Translations under genes and position numbers: made by a program
Source: Catajapyx aquilonaris
Taxonomy: Eukaryota
NCBI GenBank assembly: GCA_000934665.2
Contig: JYFJ02003879.1
Coordinates: 1 to 36,790, forward strand
Direction of reading: 5' to 3'
DNA: 36,790 nt
Shown here: one piece after another, positions 10,071-27,835 of the stretch
Position numbering within the stretch: position 1 is the first letter of the stretch
Layout: every line of letters begins with the position of its first letter
The notes under the pieces: generated by a model
What the model saw: only the letters and a program-made list of their open reading frames with translations
Databases searched by the model: none
Told to the model about the DNA's origin: nothing

Positions 10071-12388
10071 GGCTTGTGCGGGTACCTCCATGCAATTGAG
10101 GGGTTTCTCGGAAGAATCCCACATGTCAAGCGACAACAATTTTTCAGGAAACAAAAAAAAACTGCCCATGGGTCGTACTAATTGCCTTAGCGCTTAGCCA
10201 GTCTGTTTTTTATTGTAGTGTGGATGACATACATCTGTATTCAGCTATGCAAATTAGACACTACAATGTTATTTAAAATGATCATAATCTTAATTTGAAA
10301 TTTATGACATAATTATGGGTTTTTTCCGGAATTATCACAAAAACCTTGACGTGTTGTCGTAACACGTATTATATCGACGGATTTCCATAACTTTGTGTAC
10401 AGTCACGGTGAAACCAAGGACTGTAATGCGCCAGGTGCGACCATATAGCAGCAGGACGGCGTGGCGTGGCGTGTGCGTCAACGGAAGGTGCATGGTACTA
10501 CCAATGCTTTTCACTTGGGGCAGGTAATGCCGGTCTTTTTTGGGTATGTGTGTGTGTGTGTGTAACAGCCTGTAGGGTGCGACGGGCCAGTAGGCTCCGA
10601 GATGAAGTTGGGCATGCACCTGTCAGGTTTTTCTGTATGCTGGTTTTCGCCTCAGATGCACATTCAGGCGACGAAGTAAAAGTAAGAGCACACTAATTGA
10701 GACTCCACTACTCAAACCCATCCAATTCCCCGCCCTGCCCTGTGACATCAGTACAATTAGATATGAGTTTCACATAGAAATCAAAGTTGCAGTAATCATG
10801 CATACTTCAAAAATTCAGTGCATGCTCTAAAGCAACCTCATTTTATACTATTCACTCACCAACTTGCTCACGACAGCCCTCGGTGGCAACCGTCAAGTCC
10901 AGCAGCCACTCCACCATAATAATTACTCGTCACCCTCCTCCCCATGGAGTACCCTGGTATAATGTCACCTGTGAAATGGCTAAACTACGCTGGTTTTGCG
11001 TGGGAGTAGATTACATTCAATGTGGACCTGAGATTAAATAGGCAGACAAGAGCACACTGACAGTGGACTCCTTCTCGACCATTCGGCAACTCCATCCTGA
11101 GTTATTAAAGGAAGTGATGAGTGATGCGATGAAAATGAAGCACTTTGTCAAACGTGTTACATAGCGGCACGTGGAAAGCTTCATTGCCCATTATTGTACA
11201 ATATATTGCTACAAATCACTGGGTTTACAAATGCTAATGACAATGGTTACAAAATAGCGCTATAGCTCTGTGCACTAAACTGTGCTCGTGCACATACATA
11301 TCAAATGCGTTTCCTCAGTACGTATTTAAATTACTTTGGATCCAGGTGTCATTATTATATGATCTACTTTTTCGGGAAAGTTTTCTATATTACTGTTGGC
11401 ACAATTCGACATGTCAGTTGGCTCAGTTCGGATTGCTACAAATGGAAATGCACAGGTTTTCAAGTTAATTCGTTACTGATATGCTAATGTTTCGTCTTAT
11501 TTTGTCAGCACAAAAGGAAGCATATTGTGATGGTCAGTTTAGATTTTATCCAAAGCATGCTGGTGATCCCGAGCGGTCAGTTGAGATAATCTCTACAATA
11601 TTTGCTGTTACGTTCGAGGTATGTAGCTGGAAAAGTCTGGAATGTCTGAAATCGAGCATGGTTGCTTATGAACCATATCGAACTTATTGTAATGGTTATT
11701 CAACTTGTGACACGGTGAGTTACTTCTCTGCATAATAAGATGACTGTAGAGAGACAATCCTCTTCAGTGGACCTATAGTGATGCGCATGAACTTAACTGT
11801 CAATTTGGCAAACTTCACCAGATGGCTCATTGCAATCTGACAGAAAATGGTCACTCTACATACTCCTCAGATCTTATGCCAACTACTATCTAATATAAAT
11901 GGAAATAAACTCAGCTTGATACACATGTACAGATTTTGTCTACCTTCTTTTGTCTGACTTTTAATTTGGCTGTCATTCGTGCCATAAAATCTAATAATTT
12001 ATTGGTTTTAACGTAGATATTTTCACCTATTTAACTTCTAAACAGACAGATAAAAATGACAGTGCCCATTTATTTACAGCCATCGATAATAACCAAAGTA
12101 TTGTTGACATCTGAAGTGGCCACCACAATATGTTTTGTGCTCGTTCAAATTGTTAACTGTTCCTGATTATAAAATTATTCCTGATTCCATGACAAGATAA
12201 ATTGTTATGCATCTTCAGAGGCATACTGAAGGAACTATACTGTCGTGTGCTACTTTATCCTGTGCGTGGATGGTTGTACAAGTATGGGGTCCGTTATACA
12301 AAATGATGCGGCAACATGCAATAACAAGGGAACGACTGAACATAACATACGTCCCTGACGTGTGTGTACAGTACAACGGTTTTGGCGC

Positions 12389-18745
<6,357 letters not shown>

Positions 18746-18889
18746 TTACTACCGGCATCTGTCTACCGCTCTATGGCTTCATCTGTGCTGTACTATACCT
18801 CTGAGTGTAGCCCCACAGTTCCATATGAACTACGTAGTTGAATCAGTTTCGACTCTCCGAATTAACTGCTATGAAAACAATACGATACT

Positions 18890-18890
18890 T

Positions 18891-18954
<64 letters not shown>

Positions 18955-19214
18955 GACCCCATCAGGAGAATCGGCGCTCCATTAGGGGGGTGGAATACCA
19001 CCATTTTACTACTCAATTTTTCTAAAAAATTTCTTCACACATGGATGGGGTCAAGGAAGAAACCGGCTGTGGCCTATTGTAAGGAAGCGATCCCGGAATT
19101 ATCCTGGGGGAGACCATGAAAAACCACAGAAAACCACGCCGGCCCCGGGAATCGAACCCAGGACCTCCCGATTATTAGTCGGACTCCTTAACCACTACAC
19201 CAACCTGCTTCGGT
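18890..19214 (-). mobile_element. tRNA-derived SINE (family 2), full length, with (AAT)n tail
   Basis: The minus-strand head ACCGAAGCAGGTTGGTGTAGTGGTTAAG...GGGTTCGATTCCCGG contains A and B boxes. The tail microsatellite is at 18890-18953. The 16-bp TSD AAAACAATACGATACT is at 18874-18889 and 19215-19230. Confidence 0.88.
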
Positions 19215-20211
19215 AAAACAATACGATACTGTAAAGCAAAGGTACTGTAGATTCGGTTCTAAATATAGCAAATGTTATAAGATTTTGCGGAAAAATGATG
19301 CGCAATGTTAGAAAAGAGGAGCCCATAGAAGTACTACATACATATACGTGATTGAATATGCATTTCATTTTGCAATACCTGAAGCCACAACAGGTTTTAA
19401 AATTGGAAAGTAACTTGATCGGTTAATTTCTCAGAACCAATACTGGTGGTGGATTTTAATGGGATATGAAACGTGAGAGACGTAAGAACAAGAACCCCCC
19501 CCCATTTTTTTTCTTATACGCAGCAAAGCGTGCGGAGAATATCAAATTTTTATAAAATAGAGTCAATTCTAGATCCTGGGGGCGAAATGCAGGCGAGTTC
19601 AAACTCAGAGAGGGCGCCAAACTACAGAAATGCCCAATGGGTGGAAGAATTTTTCATGCTGCAGAATATGTCTAAAAATAGAAGCAATAAACTGCGATGC
19701 ATTCAATGTTAACGACTACTTACATTTATGAATTTTCAGTGTTTGATATACCAACGCAGGAGCAAAAATACAGACCAACTCAAATCGGAGGACAAAAGTA
19801 TAGGCAAAAAGAGACAGGCTGAATAGCTCTGAATAATGAATCAAAGTATGGCTACTTGAAAATTATCATGTCAAATACTTCTCGACTGCTAGTCGTCCAC
19901 CATATGACATTCGGAATCGCAATATTTCTGTCATGTGGTGGTGCTCTTTCATGCTTATACCTCGCATATATAGGTCATCTAACCTAGCAGACTCCGTTCC
20001 AGACATCATAATCATTCCGACGGATAGACGTCATACGGTTTTAACAATGGAGCCTCGTCAATTTGTACCCACGCGGAGATTTTCAACTTTCATGCTAATT
20101 TCTGCCTTTCAGATGAGCATCTATAGTTTGAAAGGAACAATCAAACCGGACGAAATGCGAAGGCGTTACAAACAATACCGGCGCGTGTCACATTTCGATA
20201 ACTATAGCAGT

Positions 20212-20309
20212 ACTAGCGCACCCGTAGCCAAAATTTGGCAAAACCTGCAATGAGGAAGACAATGGTAATGAAAAAATTGAATCAGAGGGCTCGCTACGGG
20301 TGCGCTAGT
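20212..20309. mobile_element. 98-bp mini inverted-repeat element
   Basis: Perfect 17-bp inverted repeats ACTAGCGCACCCGTAGC (20212-20228) and GCTACGGGTGCGCTAGT (20293-20309). No clear TSD. Confidence 0.55.
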
Positions 20310-20480
20310 GTGGATATAGTTTCGATGGGTTCTCTCCGTGTTCGCGTGGGTTTTCTCGGGGGTTCTCTCGTTTCCTCTCACAATCAAAATCCATCACAGC
20401 AAAGGCAATGATTAAAGTCGGTCAATTAAAAGATGATCCCCTAAAAAGCTCAAGGAGGCTTATCACAGGGTATCCATTAT
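20308..20480 (+). mobile_element. 5'-truncated second copy of the V-SINE-like family
   Basis: Matches the reverse complement of ~645-812: GTGGATATAGTTTCGATGGGTTCTCTCCGTGTTCGCGTGGG...AAAATCCATCAC...AAAAGATGATCCCCTA...TATCACAGGGTATCCATTAT. The tRNA head is absent. Confidence 0.82.
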
Positions 20481-20973
20481 CTCCACTGTCATCTGTTGTG
20501 GCCCCGCCAGGCAGGGTTCGTCGCCCTGCAGGATATTTTTAGGTAATGCGGAGAGGAAGCGGAGCTGGGCGATTATTGTGGGTTTCGTATCCGCAACATT
20601 TACAGTACTGTCCGTCTTGTGGCGGCGGAGGCCAACGGACGTTATTGTGGCTTTGCCAACCTCCAATCCCCTGCTGATCCCACCGCTGACATCTTGTTTG
20701 CTTGCTCCTGGAGGTTCATGCTACGCCCCCAAATAAGTCGCAATGGTTTATTACTCTAAGAGTCTAAGCTAAGCTATCCGCTGAAAATGATAATAAGTTG
20801 CTAGATCCGGATCCAAGATGGCTGCATAGTTAGAAAGTGGGGCTGAAAGTAGCAGCGTATATGACAGCTTTCTGAATATTCTGAGGCTCAGATTGAATCA
20901 GTTGGCAGACCTGTATTGGCGGGAAAGGAAATAGGTGGCGGTTAGGACTTTTGGCGGGAAGGGAAAGCGGCGG

Positions 20974-21085
20974 CCTGATGAATTAGTGCCGTACTGACCA
21001 AAAGGTGGCACCACTCCCTTGGCCACCGCCAAAGGCCGCCAAGGGAGTGCTGCCACCTTTATCGTCACGGCACTACTTCTTCAGG
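20974..21085. repeat. 112-bp imperfect hairpin / inverted repeat
   Basis: The left arm CCTGATGAATTAGTGCCGTACTGACCAAAAGGTGGCACCACTCCCTTGGC pairs with the right arm, whose reverse complement is CCTGAAGAAGTAGTGCCGTGACGATAAAGGTGGCAGCACTCCCTTGGC. The loop is ~14 nt. Confidence 0.8.
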
Positions 21086-21198
21086 GCGTTCAGGCAGCAA
21101 CATCTGACGTTCCAGACAAGGCTATTATTATGGGGAATTGTCCACCTGGTTATAATAATTATTATGTTTTCGTGCAGTTTTCATATATTTGTTAATTT

Positions 21199-21637
21199 TT
21201 TTATTATTAGATATACCCCGTGCTCTAGAGCCATGGGCTCTCTTAGGGGAGTGGATTACCACTATCGTGCAGGGACAGGGTAGGGATAGGAGGGGGGTCA
21301 CTGGTGCATGTGCAATGTCATCAAGTTGAGGGTCGTGTGCAGTCCCTCAGGGGGCCCGTTCGCCAAGATTTCTACTGAATCTACTGGGGGTTTCTGACTC
21401 GCATCTAGGGGGCTAGATGCGAGTCAGAAACCCCCTGACCCGCACCTCCTCCAGGGCAGGGAAAGGAAGGAAGCGGCTGTGGCCTATTTTACGGTACAAT
21501 CCCGGAAATTTTTTCCTGGGGCAACCTTGGAAAACCACAGAAAATCAAGGTCAGGATCGCCGGCCTCCGGGATTCGAACCTAGGACCTCCCGATTAGCAG
21601 TCGGACACCATATCCACTACACCACTACTGCTTCGGT
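21199..21637 (-). mobile_element. tRNA-derived SINE (family 2), longer variant containing a perfect hairpin
   Basis: Head and core are shared with 18890-19214 (CGGCTGTGGCCTATT, AAAACCACAGAAAA, TCGAACC.AGGACCTCCCGATTA, CCACTACACCA, CTGCTTCGGT). The 16-bp TSD ATATATTTGTTAATTT is at 21183-21198 and 21639-21654. Confidence 0.85.
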
Positions 21638-21838
21638 TATATATTTGTTAATTTCAAACATGATGTGCTTGTATTTTCTAAAGTTGGAAAGATCTGCAAC
21701 TGGATAAGTACATATATAGCCTACTGACATTATTTTGATAACACGTCTTGTACGACACACTGATCTAAACGCGTCAAATAGGCATATACTACACCACAGA
21801 CTAAAATAATTAATGATGCTCACAACATTCAAACGGAT

Positions 21839-21840
<2 letters not shown>

Positions 21841-21886
<46 letters not shown>
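21841..21886. repeat. (TC)n microsatellite
   Basis: Directly visible. Confidence 0.95.
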
Positions 21887-21892
<6 letters not shown>

Positions 21893-22197
21893 AGCCCGAC
21901 AGAATCATGGCCTTAGAATACTTAGGGGATGGACAGAATTCAGTGCATGTTATCTCTCCTCAACCAGCCTAGCGTATTATCTGAACCATTTTTTCTGCTC
22001 TTCGTAATGTGTAGCTAGTATAGGCTACACTTGATTTATGCGAGCCACAGTCAAGATAAGAGGCACGCCGAATTGCCATTTTTGTAGCTTAAATACATCT
22101 TGCTGTGCTCATTAGAAAAGTTATGTAGGCCTATACAGAGTTCGAATCCCCTTAAAGACCCATGTAGGCACATCCAGACTTGCATCCAGAGGTATTC

Positions 22198-22244
<47 letters not shown>

Positions 22245-22245
22245 A
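22198..22245. repeat. (TAAA)n microsatellite, possibly a retroposon tail
   Basis: Directly visible. Confidence 0.9.
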
Positions 22246-23009
22246 TATCACAATATTACCTACTCTTGCAACTTGTATATTCCCTTTACGACATAACAAT
22301 GGCGATATCGAGCAACGAGAGTTCTCTCTTAATTGTGACTAAACTAGTGGAAATCGATTATTAAATTACACAAGCATTCGCGGGTATACACACTTTCCGA
22401 TAAGGAAAAGAGTTACATGATACCGTTTTGTCTAATATCGAAACGGGGGATACAAGCTGGCTTAAATAAAATGGTGGACTCAATATATTTGGTCAGTTCT
22501 CGTTTTTTCTGTGGGAAGAAAGCACATGACGAAATACTTGGAAAAGGGTACTATGCCTCAAGCATGACGGATTTACCCGAAAACTGATGCTATTATAGTG
22601 GCGGTTGTTGTTATTAGTAGGCTATCATATGAAAAACTAAAATCACAGTTTTTCTATGCACTGCGGAATTGCGAAATCCCTGTTTTTGAAATTATATATA
22701 TTTACAAGTATTGAGTCTGATGTTGCTCCAAATTATACCGACAGTGCGGTAAATTTTTGTCTTATTAGACCATAGAAATACATGAACTTCGCTGGCATCT
22801 ACGTGATGCCAATAACAATTTCGACCCAAAATATGACTGATTGTCGCAGTTTAAACCACAAAAACCGGCAACACAAACCAGTAGATACTCAAGTGCGAAT
22901 ATGAAGATGTTTAGTAAATAGGCCCTAATTCAAGTCAATGTGTCGTACTTTACGACTGGAGTCATGTTGCCTTCTTGGCAGTGCAGGACATCAGTCAAGT
23001 TAGACATCA

Positions 23010-23270
23010 GCGTGAAGTGCTAATGACTATATCGTCGGCGTACAAATGAAATCCAATAAGTCTCTTAAGTTCGAAAAACCAGTTTTCAGATAAAATGCAA
23101 ATGAATACTTGCTTACATGCTTGTGAATAGAGAAAATCCTGGCTTGCTGGGTCATTATGAATCGTTAGGACTAAATCACCAGGCAATACACCAGAAAAAG
23201 TGCTAAGTGATAGACTATAAATAAAAACTGACAAAATTGAACTCAATGGATTTCTTCTGTATACCCACGA
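23010..23270 (-). mobile_element. Highly decayed LINE reverse transcriptase remnant
   Basis: FHLYADDIVI carries the YADD catalytic motif. It is preceded at an abnormal distance by PLSSILSVFIYSL, which resembles the LSPLLFxIFINDL motif. Stops follow immediately downstream. Confidence 0.35.
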
Positions 23271-26200
23271 TTTACAGTGCAGTATCAATCACACATGCGA
23301 AAGGGAGCATGAAATTGATCCTGACAAAAAAAGTTAGGCTACATTTCGTATTGACATTCATATTGCATTTATTTTATTTATTTTTTTGCCTTTGAATCCC
23401 TTGGAATATACTGGCCCGTTGGCTGCTTTCATACTCCTCATCTCGTTCCCCATCACACCTACACAAACCGCATCAATTAGGCCTCCAACATGTTTTGAAC
23501 AATATTTATTCATCCCCTACCGTATCCGTTTGAATTATGAATGAAATGTGGCAAATTGAAAAGCCATACCATCCAGTCCATATTCTGCAACCGCTTTTCC
23601 CCCCCAATCAAATTGTGTACATAGAGAGCTGACCCCCCCCCCCCCCCANATGTAATGCACAGAAGTCTAACCTCCAACTGCTTTTCCGGAAGAGCCAATT
23701 ATTTCATTAATGCCGCAACGACGGCTTTTTGGCCGCAGAGCGAAGGGGGCAGACTTTTTAGAATCAAACGTTCAGAAGTGCAAGTCAAAGAGTTTGTTTG
23801 CCGGCTAAAATCGATTAGTGCAATAAAGCATTTGGGGACCGGTGGTTTGAACGCATAGAGTACACAGTTCCCCAATACCCAATCGAAACATGAAAGCTTG
23901 GCAAACCGTATACGCGTTGCCGGCGAAAGGAAAACTTTGGGAGATTTATGTTGTGGCGGTTGTTTGCTTACCTCGGGGGGCCCCTCGGACACTCATTCTG
24001 CAGAGGCTGTTTAATGTCATGTCACGCACCGAAGAGCTCCATGTACCTGATTTTCGACACTCTCTTGTCATTTTCCGCTTACTAGACACGCGCGGTCTGC
24101 TCAAGTGCGTTGGGCGTGCTAATGAAACCCGGTTTTATTTTTCAAGAGAGCTTCAGGGTTTGCTCAGTACCCGGATATATGGTTTTAAAAAAATATTTCG
24201 TCCAGTGGTCCTAAATGTCAAAGGGCATTGTCGCAGCTTTAAAAAAAAATGTCGATTGTTTCGATTTATCAGCAAGCGTCACAGTCATTAATTGCAAGCT
24301 TGTGCAACTGACATTATTGATCTTAACCTCATACTGTCGGAATTCAAGTCACATACAAAAAAAAAGGTCGTCTGAAGACTAACGAAAGATGACTTTTCAG
24401 GCCTGTAATAAAACCAGTTGACAGACTGCCAGACGTCTCAGCAGAAACCTAGAAACCGGATCCGGAAATCCTGTGGACAAAATCGGGTTTGGGACTTAGA
24501 ACCCTCTAAAGCTTGAATTGGTTATTCACACATATTTACGAAGTTTGTAAACTACAAGCAGGTCCTGATTGGGAGACTTGGAAATATAAAAAAAAAGTAC
24601 GGGTGTAAGTAGGGGGTAATAAGAAATCGATTCTTGTGGGAGGGTTGGGTGTTTGGGGAGGATGCGCGGTAGAATAGGGTAGTCAAAGGATGGATGGAGG
24701 CTGGCCTTCCGCAGTGAGGGCCTCGGAGGCTGTGGGTTCAGTTCGAGGGGCTGTCTGGCCTGCAGCTTCCTTCTTCTTCTTCGCTGATGCCTGCGCAGAC
24801 TCTTCTCTTGTGCATTCTTTGTCATCAACCAGTGTCATCCAGAAGGTAAGGGGATTCCCACATATTTTTTTTCCAGCTTAGTAAACATGCCTGGGACACA
24901 AAAACTTGCTTAGTATGCATTGCACGTGCCGTTTGCAAATATAACCACGTTGCGAGCGTTGTCAACTTTTCCGTTTGTCAAATGTGCCGCGCAGTACCTT
25001 TTTGCGAATAGTCAGCCTCATTTGTCAATTTCAAGCATGAAGGAGATGAGCAGGATTTTTTTTTTCGCGGTTCGTTTCATATTTATTAGCAAGTCATATT
25101 TGTGCGAATACTGAAGTGTATAATAAAGTCACTTTTTTACATTAGTTGCTGTGAGGTGAAATAACACGAATGCGATTTTATATGAAATAAACCTAAACTG
25201 TAGATATTTGCCTAATTAATAATTTAATATCCACCATTAGAATGAGTCTCTGCCAAACTTGACCGCATAATTTATAAAGAGTTGAGAACAAAAAGCTTTC
25301 CTTCAGAGTGGCCGCGTATAGAAGTGACTCCATCATTAAGCACTCCTTTTGCACATAAATTGACTCAGGAAAATGTGGATGACGTACTTGTTGCCCCGGA
25401 TTTTGCTTTGTAATAGAGTAACATGACACAGATGATCACGGTATCACCAATGCCTGTTGCATGGCGCATTAATTACAGGCCTTGAATATGCAGGGAATGC
25501 GATACTCCAAAGCCGAAGCACAAGTGCATGGGAGCTAGTCTCATTTAAAACCAGAATGAAAAAGAATCCCTTTGGATAAAATGGGCTTTCTGGTGAGATA
25601 ATGATCTTTACGGGCCTGGTGCTCAAAGCCGCATTTAATTCACTGTTCAAAGTGCGGGGCAGGGGGGGAGGGATTTTTTTTTTTTTTTTGCGCAGTGGAT
25701 CAGATTTTCATAGCCAGTTATGCCTTTATGAAATGAAGCAATATTATATCTGTGGAAGTAATCAAGAGGTACAAATAATGAATAAAAATGAGGATTAAAA
25801 TTGTGAAAGAACAGTGGGAGTTTAGAGTTAAATGAGGCACTTTAGTATGATTACAACTGTGTTAAATAAGTACTGAAAATTTACAGATATAATGAGCATG
25901 GGTGGTGGGGCTCATTAATTAAAGAGTACAAACAGTTACATCGAAATTCGCTTGAAAACTAATATTGTGACACAGGCCAAGCATTCATTAGTGCCAGTAG
26001 AAGCGAGTGGTTTGTTGCTGTAGTTTAAGCCCAATTCATTACGGAACTTTCCTAATAATCCGTGTCAGGAACAGTTTAGTACTTTTTTTTGTTACTGTAA
26101 CAACTAACAAATAATCGGTACGACAGACCGGAAAAATGTATTTCAATATTCTGCTGGTAGCCTAAGCGGTAATATAGTTCAGCTCTGAGCTTCAAAATGG

Positions 26201-27835
26201 GAGATATTGCAGGTTACCCGGGTGTAATCACATCTCTGTGTATTTACCGAAGAAATCGTTCATTTGAACGTTATAAATACCGTGCGTCACTTTCTATCGA
26301 TCAAGTGCGTGTTGATCATGTCCATTAATGGATGTAAGTATGTTGAGATTTATGGATCATATACCGATGCTGACATCCGCAAAAGTTACTCGTGCAACTC
26401 GTAATAGGTACTGACATTGCAGTTTTAGAGCAGGTATTATCAGTACATTTGTTTAATTTATTACAACGATAATTCATACTATTTGTGGGACATGGCTGAT
26501 TTGCCTGCTTCAATTTTGCTTATAACTGATTTCATGAGCCAGTAGGACTTTCTGATTGGGTCGGAAATAATTATCTGGGGCACGTCGTCGTGTTAGGTTC
26601 TACTGCATGATGAGGACTTGGAACTTGGCCAAGGTAGTGCTGCATCTAGACTACACCGTTTGCAAGATTTACTGTTCCTATACTCGCATAGACGTAATAA
26701 TACTGTAAATGGAAACGGATTACCCAGTGTGAAACAGAATATCCTAATTGCGTGGAAATTAACCACTCTACCGTCAGAATGCAATTCTCTATTTGCGATC
26801 CACGAGCTAGACATTCATGGCTTGATTCATGGTTATTAATTCGCAATTTGAATTTGATAAAGCTATGAGTTAGTTAAGATTCAAGCACCAATGAGCGATA
26901 CATGAAACAGTTGTAATATGGACCGTCCGTTTATTATAATATGGCAGTTTATCAGTAATAACTGTATTAGTCTACCTTTATGAGGCCGCTTTATGAGAAT
27001 GAAATATACAGTAGGCCAGCGTTTGGTCATGCCTCGCGTAAATATTGATGATAATGCACGACTTGTTGCGCATAATATTGGTCTGCTGGGCCTTTGGTGC
27101 GTTATGATAATTACAGTGCCAGTTATGGACTATACCGTACAAAGAGTACAAAGAGTTTATATAGTCTATATATGTTACGGCTGAGATTTTGTTTCAGGTG
27201 GCAAGAATCCTGCAGCTTTCAACATGAAGAATGTTTGAGCCCTTCATCCTCCTGCACATTCTGAATACAACCCGACAAAAATATATAGTTATTAAGCTAA
27301 AGAAGATACATTCATAATTTTCGGGAACAAAATCCTGACAATAATTTTTCTGACAATCTACATAACGAAGGGTAACGTCGTAGAGTACGTGTCTTTGTGT
27401 CAGACAATAATGCTATTCCAATAGCAGAGAAATAATCTGTGATAAGGTCGAACATGCACGGGCAATTTCTGCAAGTGAAAGAAGAAAACCATATGACAGT
27501 ATGTGCCAAAGAAGATTATATATCCAGTTTTTCGCGAGTGTCAAATGCTGCTAGAATTGACGACCACACCTAGCCTGTAATTCGTGCCAATATGCCAAAG
27601 AATATTTGGTGTGTTTGCACACAATACAAACAGGACTGAATAATTGATAGAAATATCTGTGTGAATTACTTCGCGCGCTCCGTAACAGTAGATAATTTTA
27701 CACTTCTGGTGTTCCGAGCAGCTGATGTTTATTCAAGAACATGGGACATTTTGTGCCGCGTTTCACTTACGATAAATTTAAAGCACTTTTTTGCTAAGAA
27801 ATAGTTAGATCGTTAGAAAAACAAAGGAGTAGAAA

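Noticed and set aside
19140..19214. tRNA genes (also 831-900 and 21560-21637)
   Set aside because: The A/B boxes continue into shared SINE bodies with tails and TSDs, so they are SINE heads.
20975..21000. Hammerhead ribozyme suggested by CTGATGA
   Set aside because: There is no correctly placed stem II followed by GAAA; the motif is part of the larger hairpin arm.
23633..23650. Poly-C run with an N at 23649
   Set aside because: This reflects sequencing or assembly uncertainty rather than a biological feature.
24690..27240. Possible non-coding 5' exons of the GPCR (donor AG/GTAAGG near 24846, acceptor TTTCAG near 27197)
   Set aside because: Splice-like motifs alone are too common to call without transcript evidence.
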